Shown piece after piece: positions 14,675-26,147 of a stretch of DNA of 64,000 nucleotides. The stretch spans positions 542,201 to 606,200 of the forward strand of contig NMRA01000247.1 in assembly GCA_002633005.1 (NCBI GenBank). The letters are read 5' to 3'. Position numbers and translations under genes: made by a program. Under the pieces are notes generated by a model. That model ran no database searches. It worked only from the letters and a program-made list of their open reading frames with translations, and was not told the origin of the DNA. The DNA comes from Phoronis australis. Taxonomy: Eukaryota > Animalia > Phoronida. Numbering within the stretch: the stretch's first letter is position 1; each line of letters begins with the position of its first letter.

Positions 14675-14985
14675 CCTGTTTTGTGATGCTGTTGGCGTCA
14701 GGTTTTCTGAGGCTGTGTCCAACCAACCTCCACCGCTTTATCCGAGTCTCTACACTTTCATGCCGGTCCTCCGCCAGACCTTTTCATTTGTGATTTTATT
14801 CGACTATGTTATCCGTAGGATTTGTCGCAGACATCTATTTACGAAGACCTGGACTCTGTTCGACAATGTTTTCGTAAGTCTCCACGTCTCTGAAGCGTAA
14901 AGAAGAACAGCACAATAGAGTTGAAGATTCTTAACCTTTACTTGAGTGAGTAGGTCTTTTGAGCGCCATACAGGCATTACCATAG
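14675..14985 (-). mobile_element. RTE-clade LINE fragment (ORF C-terminus), decayed
   Basis: Minus-strand translation with stops and frameshifts: PVWRSK..VLLYASETWRLTK..VQVFVNRCLRQILRI..NEKVWRRT..VGHSLRKP..ITKQ, matching the RTE post-RT region. Confidence 0.8.
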
Positions 14986-16299
14986 CACCGTGTCTGACAA
15001 GTTATGGGTTTCAACCCACGATTTTTGCCTCAAACGAAGTTTTGATTTCGGTAGGCCACTTCCTGTTCTTCCTGATCTGGGCACATAACATAGGGGTTGT
15101 CGAAAATATTTTTAACGGGGTCCGCCGTTGGGAATTTAGGAGACCAACCCTAAAGAGTTGCCAAGATGAAACCCTGACGCCAGTTTAAAGGTGACGGGTG
15201 GTTCCGAGAAAAATGTCATATTACACTTTCGGACAACGCGCGAAACGTAACGTGCCTTTTGACGGAGGTTTTAAAGCTTACAAAGCGTTTTTCGAATAAA
15301 ATGTGAATAACCTCTCCTTTTAATCTAAAAAACTGAAAATCCTTTCTGAAAGATGCTGTGGCCAATATGCGCCCCTTTTGCTCCATCTTAAAATGTAAAT
15401 ATTTCGCACTAAACTTATAAGAAAAGAGTGTTTTGCGGGAAAATTCGGTGCAAAACTTTCAGCTATCTGATTGACGCGTCCGTGTGTACTACCTATATGT
15501 ATGCCCATCACACACGGATATCACAATCCTGGGGCGCGACAATGGAATTATTTTAAAACCTGAAATTTAAACAAAATTGAATCTTTTGCCCACGAGTCGA
15601 AAGTTTTCATCTATCATAAAATAGCTGAATAGAGATGCACCTTCTGTTTAATAGGGAGAGATCTAAACTCATGGTCCAGTATCCAAGCACCCAATATACA
15701 CTACCCTGTAGGCTTCTAATGACCTAGTAGATCACCTGACAAAGTTCCAAGCATTTTCGGAATATTGATGACATTTAAATACTTACTTTAAAGCAGTCCA
15801 AAATTTATTACTACAATAACACCTTTCAACATTTCTTGACACAGTGACATCCATGAGTTGACACAGTTCAAGAACTACAACACATCTAGAGAGTGCATAA
15901 AATTTGACTCTACACTCAGGCAAACTATGATACAAATTCCTTATCCTCATTCAAGATAAAAACTTGAAGCAACCTCAACAAACAGGAAAGCAAAGTGCTG
16001 TATTAGGGAATGTAAAGTGATATAAATATGTAAAACCTCAAGCAAAATTCTGGAATTCCTATCACAAATTTAACAAAACTGCCATGATTTCAGTTTAGTA
16101 AAACCCTTAAGCACAACAATGAAAAGATAAAACAAACTGGAGGTGATTTCAGAGGTTTTGTAGTTATTGCCTTTAAGCCAACTTGTAGAGCTTGGTCTTT
16201 TACAAGCTGGGGTTGTTACCATGTATCATTTGATGCCCCAGTATGTATATCAGTTGGACTTGTCAAGTTGCATCATTTGATACCCTAGCATGGTTAAGA

Positions 16300-17362
16300 A
16301 ACAAGAGCAACGCAGAGCGTTGAAATGCGCCCACAATTGCACCGCATACGGTATCCTTCTAGGGTTGTTTATTGGTACCATAAAGTGGCCAGTAGAGGGC
16401 ATATATGTAGTATGTTGTACTTTGCAGAATGAAAAGGCATGGTCATTATCTCCTCAATAGGCTAGGGGCAAAATGTGAGTGATCTTCATGATACAAGCAC
16501 ATCCTATACATCAGTTGCTTAAAGCACCACAGAAACATAGAATTAAAAACAAATTTACCAACATACGAGATTAGCACAGCATTAGAATGCCAGAAACAAA
16601 TTTCTACTTGGAACTTTTCCTTCATAGTCACGAAGTAACACAAAGTATACACCTGAAGACCTATGAAAATACAGAGGTCAATGTAAAATACTAAAATTGC
16701 CACTAGAGGCATACCGGTAGTCAGAATCATCCTAAAGTCGTCATCGTCCGTTGTCAACATCACATAAATACACTTGCTAAATTTAGTAAAGATCCTGCAA
16801 ACGGTTTGGGAGATACAGCCATGGGCGCAAAAAAAAAAAACTGCCACTAGGAGGCGCCACAGTAGTCGAAATCGTCTGAAAATCATTGTCAGCTGTCTTC
16901 CTTATAGTAAGCACATACACGCCAATTTTCACAATCATCCTTTGAGCGGTTTGGTTGATAGAGGGGTGGACGCAAAAATACAGACTCGAAAACAGTAAAA
17001 ATGGCCACTAGGTGGCGCAAACTACGTCGAATCCATCTGAAAACAGTAGGATAGCGTCATCTCACTAATAGGTGCCTACATACCAAATTTCATGAAAATC
17101 CGTTCAATACTTTTGAAGATACAAAGGTAAGCGTAAAAAACTAAAATTGCCACTAGGGGGCACACCGGTAGTCGGATCCGTCCGAAAGTTCGCACATGCC
17201 GTCCCATTCATGAATGGAACATATGTGCCAAATTTCATGAACGTATGTCAAAGGGTTTTGGAGATAGAGCAGCGGACGCCGGACGCCGCCCGGACGGACG
17301 GACTGACGGACGGACGGAGATGACGGCATAATGCGTCCACATATAAATATGTGGGCGCATAA
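16300..17362 (+). mobile_element. Helentron-associated (HINE/DINE-like) non-autonomous element
   Basis: Starts AACAAGAGCAACGC. Has internal tandem modules (AAAATGGCCACTAG, CCAAATTTCATG), a (GGAC)n microsatellite at ~17292-17318 and a 3' hairpin ATGCGTCCACATAT-AA-ATATGTGGGCGCAT. Confidence 0.7.
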
Positions 17363-18149
17363 TAACAAAATGAAAGTTCTTTGTAAATTCACAAATCCTA
17401 TCTGAGTAAGGAACATACAGGTTGTGTACATAACATATCACACAAGAACTAATCAAGGTCCATCAAAAAGTACAACTCTAGGAATACAATTCATTTGGTA
17501 TAAAAAATCTCTAGTTTAAGACCTCTAAAGTATAGGACATCCAGGTTCAAGATGAAATTGAATTTCAAATTTCTTGATGCAAAGAGTAACTATGAACATG
17601 GGGTAATAGCACTTAATAAAACTCCAAAAATAGCAGTCAATGCAACATTTCAAGAGTCTGCATGGTTTGTAACATGAAAATGAATAATTGTTTGTTATTG
17701 GCCATAACTCTTGAAATTGGTACAGCCAATATTACACACTTCACAAATTTGGTACAAGCTTTCACCTTGAGCAAAATGTTTACTTTTTCAGAACCATCAA
17801 CCTGAAGAATTTTAGTGAAGTTCAATTTCTAAATGACCTCATTACATACCCACCACACAGATTAACTAACACTGAGACTCACACATGTAAAGATACTAAT
17901 GTTTCAAGAATATTATGCAACCAGAGCATGTTGCATTAAAGAGATTACTCCTTGAACAAAACATGTTAAGGATTGTACAGAGAAACAACATTACTAAAAA
18001 CATTGCTAAAAACTATGACTAACAAAATGATAATTGTCAGATGTATCACATACACTTATATTGAGCAATACACAAAACCATACCTGTGTCCATCCAAGCA
18101 GCAAAAACTCAAGGTATCATTAACACTGCAGTAGAAGATAATCACTTAC

Positions 18150-18540
18150 TTAGAAACAGTGTAAATTGGACGCAGACGTTTCGGTCTGGTCCGCCAGGCC
18201 TTCATCGATGACTGAAGAGTTTCCCGCCTTTCGCTGATTAAGTATCTGATTGCTGATATTTATGGATTCTTTGAACTAGCAAGCATAACAATTCTGTTCT
18301 TTGGCTAAGATCTTAGATTATTTAAGGGAGATGGAATGTCCAGTCACCAATACGTGTTCCCCCACAATGTGGGTCTGTCTAATTTCTGGTGTTCTTTGAA
18401 TCTCGGGTTAGGAACGGTCTCTTGGTTTATCCAAAGTAGGTGTGGTTGGGATTCTGGTCACATTTCAGCTGGTAAATGACTCCACATTGTTTTGCCATTG
18501 GGGTTGGGTCTTTGGGTCTGACTAGTAAGGATCGAAGAGT
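18150..18540 (-). mobile_element. Penelope-like element 3' fragment (GIY-YIG end plus degenerate hammerhead)
   Basis: Minus-strand translation VGEHVLVTGHSISL..KILAKEQN...FKESINI, followed by ..GATGAAGGCCTGGCGGACCAGACCGAAACGTC. Confidence 0.75.
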
Positions 18541-18996
18541 GTAGATGGGTTTCATATATGATATCCTGCAGAAGGTTTAGGAGATACAGCCATGGGTCCA
18601 AAACAAAACAGTCACTAGGAGGCGCCACAGCAGTCAAAGTTATCGGAAAATCCTCATCAGATGTCCTGATCAAAGTAAGAACAAACATGCAAATTTTACA
18701 ATCATCCTTAGCGCAGTTTGGTTCATAGAGGGGCTGACACCAAAAATCAAGACTTGAAAACAGTAAGAAGAGCAACGCACGCATTGAAATGCACCCACAA
18801 ATGCACCGCAAAGTGTGCTTCTAAAGGTGTTTATTTGGAACATAAAAATGGCCACTAGATGGCGCAAAATATGTCTAATCCATCTGAAAACTGGTATATG
18901 GCATCAAAGCTATTTACCAAGTTTCATAAAAATTCATCAAGGAACTTCTGAGAAACCGAGGAAAACAAAAAATGAAATTGCTATAGGTGCAAAACC

Positions 18997-19960
18997 ATGA
19001 TTCAACATTATGACTTTGGCGGTTGTAAAATGACAGGCGTTTTCTCTTTTGTAAAGGCAATTAAGATAACATCATTGGATTGTCCACTATTTGGGAACTG
19101 TTTCTACAAACATGCTGCTTCTCAAACTGAGAGCCCTTTTTGGAAGGAACTATTTCTGTTTGATATTTCTAGTATAGTAGACCAGGAGGAAATATATCAA
19201 CCAATTTGGTACAACACTAATGTTATGATTGGTGGAGAAACTGTGTTTTGGAGAAGACCGTTTGAAATGGGTGTTTATTATATCTCAGACCAACTAGATG
19301 AGCATGGATATTTGTTATCTTTTGATGATTTTTGCAAAAAGTTCAATTTTAGACCAATGTTCTTGAATTTTTATGGGCTCAAAGAGGCTGTTTGTCAAAA
19401 ATGGAAAATCTCAAATTAGTTTTCCTTCTACGCACCCTTTATTCCAATTTTTGTGAAATTATTACTTGCAGACAAAAAGGGTACAAAACATATATACAAC
19501 ACTTTTGTGCTAAACAAATATTCTAGGCCTAGGTCTGAGATGAGGTGGCAGGCAGAACTTGCTATACCAGATACTAGTGAATGGTGGAAAAATGTCTACT
19601 TTGTGAATTTTTGACACTTGATATGAAACTTTGATGGTTTCAATTTAGACTGTCACATAGAATTATCAGCTGTAACTCTTATCTTGTCAAAATTGGGGTC
19701 AGTAACTCCCCCTTGTGTATGTTTTGTAAGAGTGAAACTGAGACTTTGCACAACAGATGTAGAAGCCAACGAACTCAAAATTTAATCTTGTCTTTGCAAC
19801 TTCCATTTATATAAGCAACTCTCAATGGTAAACCTCCAAATTTAATTATATCGACAAAAGAAACTGAACTTTATTACTTAATATGTGAAAAATACATTTA
19901 TTCAAAAATTTAGAAATAGAAAAGTTTACAAACAGAAGGTCACAAAAGCATAATCTAGTA
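18997..19960 (+). mobile_element. L1/Tx1-clade LINE fragment (ORF2 C-terminal region), decayed
   Basis: PIWYNTNVMIGGETVF..GVYYISD..G.LLSFDDF..KFN..FLNFYGL, then WFQFRLSHRIISCNSYLVKIG..SPLCMFCKSETETL (zf-RVT-like). Confidence 0.8.
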
Positions 19961-21731
19961 ACACTGTAAGGATATTTCATCACTCCAAAATACTCTTTCC
20001 CGTTTTCGGAGGCATATACTTGTGAACTGTCTTGTATGTTTTTTATGCGTATTTCTAAAATCCAGTTTAAGTATACTGGTTGCTTTGATAAACATTATTT
20101 CTTTCAATGAATTGTAAAGTAAGGCAAGGGAATCCCAGACCCTTGTCCTTGCTTATGTTGAACTGGGAGATTAAAAAAAAAATAAAAAAGAGGCTAGAGG
20201 CGAAAAAAAAAAAACTGCCACTAAGAGGCGCCACAGTAGATAAAGTCGCCGGAAAATCACTGTCAGACTTCCTCTTCACATTAGGAATATACATGCCAAT
20301 TTCCACAAGCATCCTTAGAGTGGTTTGGTTGACAGGGGCAGACACCAAATAACAAGACTTGAAAACAGTACAAATGGCCAATAGGTGGCGCAAAATACCA
20401 CAGATCAAACCAAAGTCAACTCACTAATATATACCTATCTGCCAAATTTTATGAAAATTCGTTGAGGACCTAAAGTTGAAAGAATTGTTCTGATACCCCT
20501 CGACCCACAACCCCCTCAAGCCCGACTAGATCTGAACATAAAACAAGCACTCGCAGAACCAATGAGTTGGGCCATGAGCTCGGGTGGCTTTTCCTTGTTT
20601 TTTTTTTGTAATTAGGAGAGTCCATTCGGCAAGTTTGAAAGTCAAAAACAGAAAAAACAATGTGACCAAATTAACTCAAAAGACCTACCAATGTTACAAA
20701 TGTCGTTCCCAGCAGAGTGTAATCGTCTCGTCTGCTCTTCAGTGAATGACAGATTCAACGTTTTTTCTGGAGAGTGCCAGGAACCGACAAAACTGTAATT
20801 TCATCAGTAAATACAGTTTGTATTCAGCTAATGAAATGGAAGGGCAATTAATCCCTACCACTAATTTTCTCAACAGTCGTGGCTGTTATTACACCCAAAT
20901 TGGTTTTTTCACAAGGTTACAGCCTGAAACGCTGAAAGAACGGTTTTCAGTGATATGGTACATTTTACATATTGCAAAATAACTTAAAATGACAACTTGG
21001 GTTCATTTTGACAAACGGCTACTTCCAAACAATCGTTGGATATAAATGTTTCATACTGATTTTCGTCACTTTCTTTTGTTTCTTGCCTGGTTGCTATCTT
21101 TAGATTTTATTTTTAAGCCTGAAGTGCCAAAACAGTAGCAGATTTTGTTCGTCAGTAAAACTTAGAAGCCAGCTCTCACCCACCGTCCCACCTCAGTCAT
21201 CTAGTGCTTGAAATTTCTCATTGATTTTGAAGGTGGCCTTAGTCTTTACAACACATATGCATTTCATCCACAGCTGACTACTGTCATTTTGCACATTCTG
21301 GAGAATATCACAGTTTTCCAGTAGCGTGTTACTCCTTGAATAAAATAGTTCGACATGACTGTCTTAAAAGCGTTTTACTCCTCGAATAAAATAGTTCGAC
21401 ACGACTGTCTTAAAAGCTACTGACATCGAATTATGTCACTGGGTGTTGTTTTTATTTGTTGTTAATGTAACTTTATTGATGTTGATGTTGATGGTAGCAG
21501 CTGTTGATAGTGTTGGTAGTGATATGATGGTCTCTGAGGTCGTTCTTTGCATCGCAAAAGATGATGTAAGCATTGTATTCTAAGGAGAAGTTATCTTCAT
21601 CATGACTTATAATAAACTTCCTTATTCAGTTAATTGATTTCAGCACAATTTGCATGGCTCCGCCAAAGTGCTTTCATTTTTGAAATTTACACAGTTTTAC
21701 GTTGAATAACAAAAGGTACCTACCTGAAGAA

Positions 21732-21745
21732 TTACACGGGACTTT
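21732..21745 (-). CDS. TNFR-superfamily gene, last coding exon ((E)SPV-stop)
   Basis: Acceptor ttttttgttacag; phase-1 join gives GAA AGT CCC GTG TAA; donor CAG|gtaggt at 21723. Confidence 0.6.
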
Positions 21746-22182
21746 CTGTAACAAAAAAATCTTGGTATTGGCAAGATAGAACAATGTAAATACACCAACA
21801 ATTAGCATCAATTCACACAAAACAAAAGATAAGTGGGATTGCTAGATCATCACAATAATTTATCATTACATGCAAGGTCTTCACATTTACCAACTGAAGT
21901 AAGAACACAGTGTATGGAACAACTAAAATTTGTCACGCAACATTACGGCATTGTAATCACAGTGCGATTGATTCTCTCTTAAGAGTTTGGTAATAATTAT
22001 TACACACTTACAAGTAACTTTAACTCAGTTACACTAAACAAGATTTTCAAGCACTCAACTTATTTACTCTTTTTTCCCATTCAGTGGCAACAGACATACA
22101 ACCCAACATGAGAATGAAAGTGTTCTATCGGGCAAAGCAGCTAATGCATCTCACTATAGTTTAACATGCAACACAACCTTAC

Positions 22183-22236
22183 CTCTACAAAGACCTAGAC
22201 GACTATCCTGAGTATTCTCAACTTGAACTGGACTCT
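22183..22236 (-). CDS. TNFR-superfamily gene, cytoplasmic exon ((K)SPVQVENTQDSRLGLCR)
   Basis: 54 nt, acceptor aatttttag, donor G|gtaagg, phase 1-1, open frame. Confidence 0.65.
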
Positions 22237-22355
22237 CTAAAAATTACAAAACTATGATTAGCAGAAAAAAAAAAACAAATATGCAAATATTTGATGGCTT
22301 ATTTATAAAATCATGGTTTTAACACGCTTAACCACCTGCTTAGGCGAGACATCTG

Positions 22356-22662
22356 GGCCCAGTCTCTAATCTTTTTACTCGAAATGGAACTCGAAATTAG
22401 GTTTGGCATTTTCTACTCTACTTTTGGGCGAACTTAAGATAAGTTCGAGCTTGAACTCGAAATTTCGAGTTTTTACTCGAGTTTGTAGCACGAATATAAG
22501 GGTCTTCAAGGGCAAACTTGAACTAGAAACTCCTATGCATAAACTATAATGTATTCGAGCACAGTCTGATAACCAATTATCTTAAGTTTGCACAAAAGGA
22601 GCAGAAAAATTGCCAAAAATAGTTTCGAGTTTGTTTCGAGTACAAAGATTAGAGACCGGGCC
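22356..22662. mobile_element. PIF/Harbinger-type MITE
   Basis: TIR GGCCCAGTCTCTAATCTTT / AAAGATTAGAGACCGGGCC; 3-bp flanks CTG / ATG; internal CTCGA repeats. Confidence 0.7.
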
Positions 22663-23394
22663 ATGGGAGCAATCACACGAGACACATTTATGTTCATACA
22701 CCATGGGCTAGTGTTTTCTGTTACAATCAAACTTACCTGTTAAAAGAAGGACCATTTGCAAGAAAAGTTTATCAAGTCACTGTCAACCAGAGTACATACA
22801 TACCAAACTTCTGTTAGAGCTGCACCACATTGAAAATCATACTTCATAAGTGCTCTCCTGACACAACTGCACTCTGTGACAGCTAAACCAACTCTAACTA
22901 AGTATTTGGATATTTGAATAGGCAGTGAAAACTTTTGTTGCAAATTCTTTGATGCTATTAAGGGAACATGTTTAGTCATTCAAATTGGGTGATTACCTCT
23001 ATTGTCTTATCTCGTACTACTGCAGATGAACCAATTATCTTAAATTGTTTTCTTTTGCCAAAAAACAGAGGAAAATAATAAAAATTTCCACCAGAGGGCA
23101 GGAACTTTGTCGAACGAGTTCAAAATTGGGATGGTGCTGTCATCATGTGAACGGAAATATAATTGACAAATTTCGTAAAAATCTATCAAGAAATTGGGAA
23201 AATATAAACATAAGAAACTAAAATAGCCACTGGGGCCACACCAGAAGATGGATCCTTCCAAAAATTGCTGTCATCTAATGTCAATTTCATAGGGAAACAC
23301 ACACTTAACTTCATTAAGCAGTTTAGGAGATACAGAAGTGGGCGCTGGACAGAGATGACAGTAATATGCACCCACATGTGTAACAAATGTGTAT

Positions 23395-24718
23395 AACAAG
23401 AGCAACGCGGAGCGTTGAAATGCATCCACGTATGCATCGCAAACGGTGTGCTCTTAGGGCTTTTTATTTGTGCCATAAAAATGGCCACTAGATGGCACAA
23501 AAACGTACAATTCATCCAAAAATGGGAACATGCCATAGCTTCATTAATAGAAAGCTATTCCCAAATTTCACAGAAATCTGTCACGGAAATTCAGAGAAAC
23601 AGAAGAAAACAGAATAAAATGAAATTGCCACTATAGGGGGCACAGCGTTCATTGGATTCGCCTGAAAGTCGTCATTGTCTGTTGTTGATTTCATATAAAT
23701 ACACTTACTAAATTTAATAAAGATCAAGCAGTGGGTTTAGGAGATGCAGCCATGGGCGCAAAACAAAACAAAACTTCCATTGGAGACACCCCAGTAGACA
23801 AAGTCGTCATCATCATCCATCCTCTTCACACAGAGAACATAAACGCCAATTTTCAAAACCATCATTAGAATGATTTGGTTGATAGAGGGGTGGACGCAAA
23901 AAAACAGACTCGAAAACAGCAAAAATGGTCACTAGGTGGCACAAAATACCTTGATTCCATCCAAAAACCGAAGAATAGCGTCATCTCACTAACAGATGCA
24001 TGTATTCAATATTTTATGAAAATCTGCTGAGGACCCTTGAAGATACAGAGGTAAATGTAAAATATAAAATTGCCACCAGGGGCCACACCAGTAGTCAGAT
24101 CTGTCCGAAAGTCGTCGTTCTTTGTCAACATCATACAAATACACTTATTAAATTTAGTAAATATCCTCCAAACGGTTTAAGAGATACAGCCATGGGCGCA
24201 AAAAAACAAAACTGCCACTAGGAAGCGCCATAGTAGCTGAAGTCATCGGAAAATCATCGTCAGTCGTCCACTTCATAGTAAAACATACATGCCAATTTTC
24301 ACAATTATCCTGAAAGCGATTTGGTTGATAGAGGAGTGGACGCCAAAAAACAGACTCGAAAATGGTAAAAATGTCCACTAGGTGGCGCAAACTAAGTCAA
24401 ATCCATCTGAAAACGGAAAGATAGCGTCACCACACTAACAGAAGCTGTACGCCAAATTTTTTGAAAATACGTAGAGTACCTGTATGAAGATACAGGGGTT
24501 AAAGTAAAAAAAATAAAATTACCACCAGGGGGCACACCAGTAATCAAATCCGTCCGAAAGTTGACGTCATCCCTTGTCAACATCATATAAATTCGCCTAC
24601 TAAATTTAGTAAAGACCCTGCAACTGGTTTAGGAGATACAGCCATAACCGCAACAAAACAAAACTGTCACTAGGAGGCGCCACAGTAGTCGAAATCATAT
24701 AAATATGTGGGCGCATAA
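23395..24718 (+). mobile_element. HINE-like element, same family as 16300-17362
   Basis: Same AACAAGAGCAACGC start, tandem core modules and ATATGTGGGCGCATAA end. Further fragments at ~18560-18990, 20200-20470, 23040-23390, 26140-29680, 47160-47700 and 50077-51165. Confidence 0.7.
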
Positions 24719-24730
24719 AAATGACGTTAA

Positions 24731-26054
24731 AGGCGAAGGCAACCTTTTTTCATGTCACTTTCAGCAAAAAATAAGGTCTTTTGATTAACCCAGATATATT
24801 TTTCACTTAATTACAGGTTTTAGTAATTTAAGTAATTTCTCGTCCTCTACAACTATGGAAGTGACACTTTAGGAGGCAAGAATTTCACGCCAATTTCTTT
24901 TCATACAATCAGACTTTGAGAGCTGTCGAGTCAGTCATTGTTCTACCTCGGATGTGGTAAGTTTGGTCGTCGTTTGCTTTTGTTTACGAGTCAGTCAACA
25001 TGCCGCACTGTTGCTGTGTACCAGGATGTAGGCCTACTCATTATCGTCTCACGCGCGCTTTGGGTACCTTGCATCGCTTTCCGAAGGATGACCCACTTCG
25101 CCGTACTTGGCTAGCTCGTTCGTGTGAAGAACGCAGCGCTACCCGTTCACGCAAAGTACAAAGCAGTGGCAAGCATTTTCAGTCATCAGACTATACGACA
25201 GAGATATGTACGCTGAATTGATGAAGGTCCCTGCGAAACAACGCCTGAAGAAGGGTTCCATGCCGTCGCTGTTGATTCCCGGCAGTGCCCCGTCGCCACC
25301 CCCGAGAAGTGCGTTTTTGAAGCGAGAAGCCTCGCGAGCTGTGGCCACTATAAATAGTGACTCGAGGCACTTCATCTACTGTCACCCATGCCTCCGAACG
25401 TACCCCATAGCATGCAATTCCAGGAACTAGCAGTGATTCCCCATGTGCTGTTGTCTCTAGCCCAGAGCCTATAAGCAGCCCTGCAGCGATGATGAGCAGT
25501 GGGAGTGAATACAGGCCCAGTTTGACACCCAGTGAAAAGGACACTTCGTCATCCATTGAACACATCGGTGAGCCTAAGTTTGACAAGTTTATTGTGGACT
25601 TGTATTGGAGCTACTTAGAAGGTGCCACGTGTGTGACGAGGGAGTCACACGGCGGGATGTAAGCAGTTTGGGTGCTCAAGTCACCATCCTTTGGGAATGT
25701 GTCGCGGGACACTCGGGCAAGTGGGACACAGTTCTTCCTCTGTACGTGAGACGATAATGAGTACTTCTCGGTAGGCAGCAACAGCGTGGCATGTTGACTG
25801 ACTCGTAAACAAAAGCAAACGACGACCTAACTTATCACAACCGAGGTAGAACAATGACTGACTCAACTGCCCTCACAGTCAGACTGTATGAAAAGAAATT
25901 GGCGCGAAATTATTGCCTCCCAAAACGTCACTTCCGGAGTAGACGACGAGTAATTGATTAAATTACGAAAACCTGTAAATATGTGAAAAATATGTCTGGG
26001 ATAATCAATGAACCCATTTTGCTAAAAATGACATAAAAAAGGTTGCCTTTGCTT
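24731..26054 (+). mobile_element. Kolobok DNA transposon, internally deleted, with THAP-transposase remnant
   Basis: TTAA on both sides (24727-24730, 26055-26058). TIRs AGGCGAAGGCAACCTTTTTT / AAAAAAGGTTGCCTTTGCTT extend ~200 bp. THAP remnant from 25000 (MPHCCCVPGC..LHRFPKD..W..KHFQSSDY..RLKKGSMPSL), then LELLRRCHVCD..WECVAGHSGKW. Confidence 0.85.
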
Positions 26055-26147
26055 TTAAGTCTTGAAATGGAATGTATGGCTTGACATCCCTCAGTGTTGC
26101 AGCCAACGACCAGCAATGTAATTTAACAGAAAAAGGGTGTGCCGGTT

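Noticed and set aside
21473-21579. EYNAYIIFCD as a TIR box-1 motif
   Set aside because: The frame stops after 35 codons and no other TIR motifs follow.
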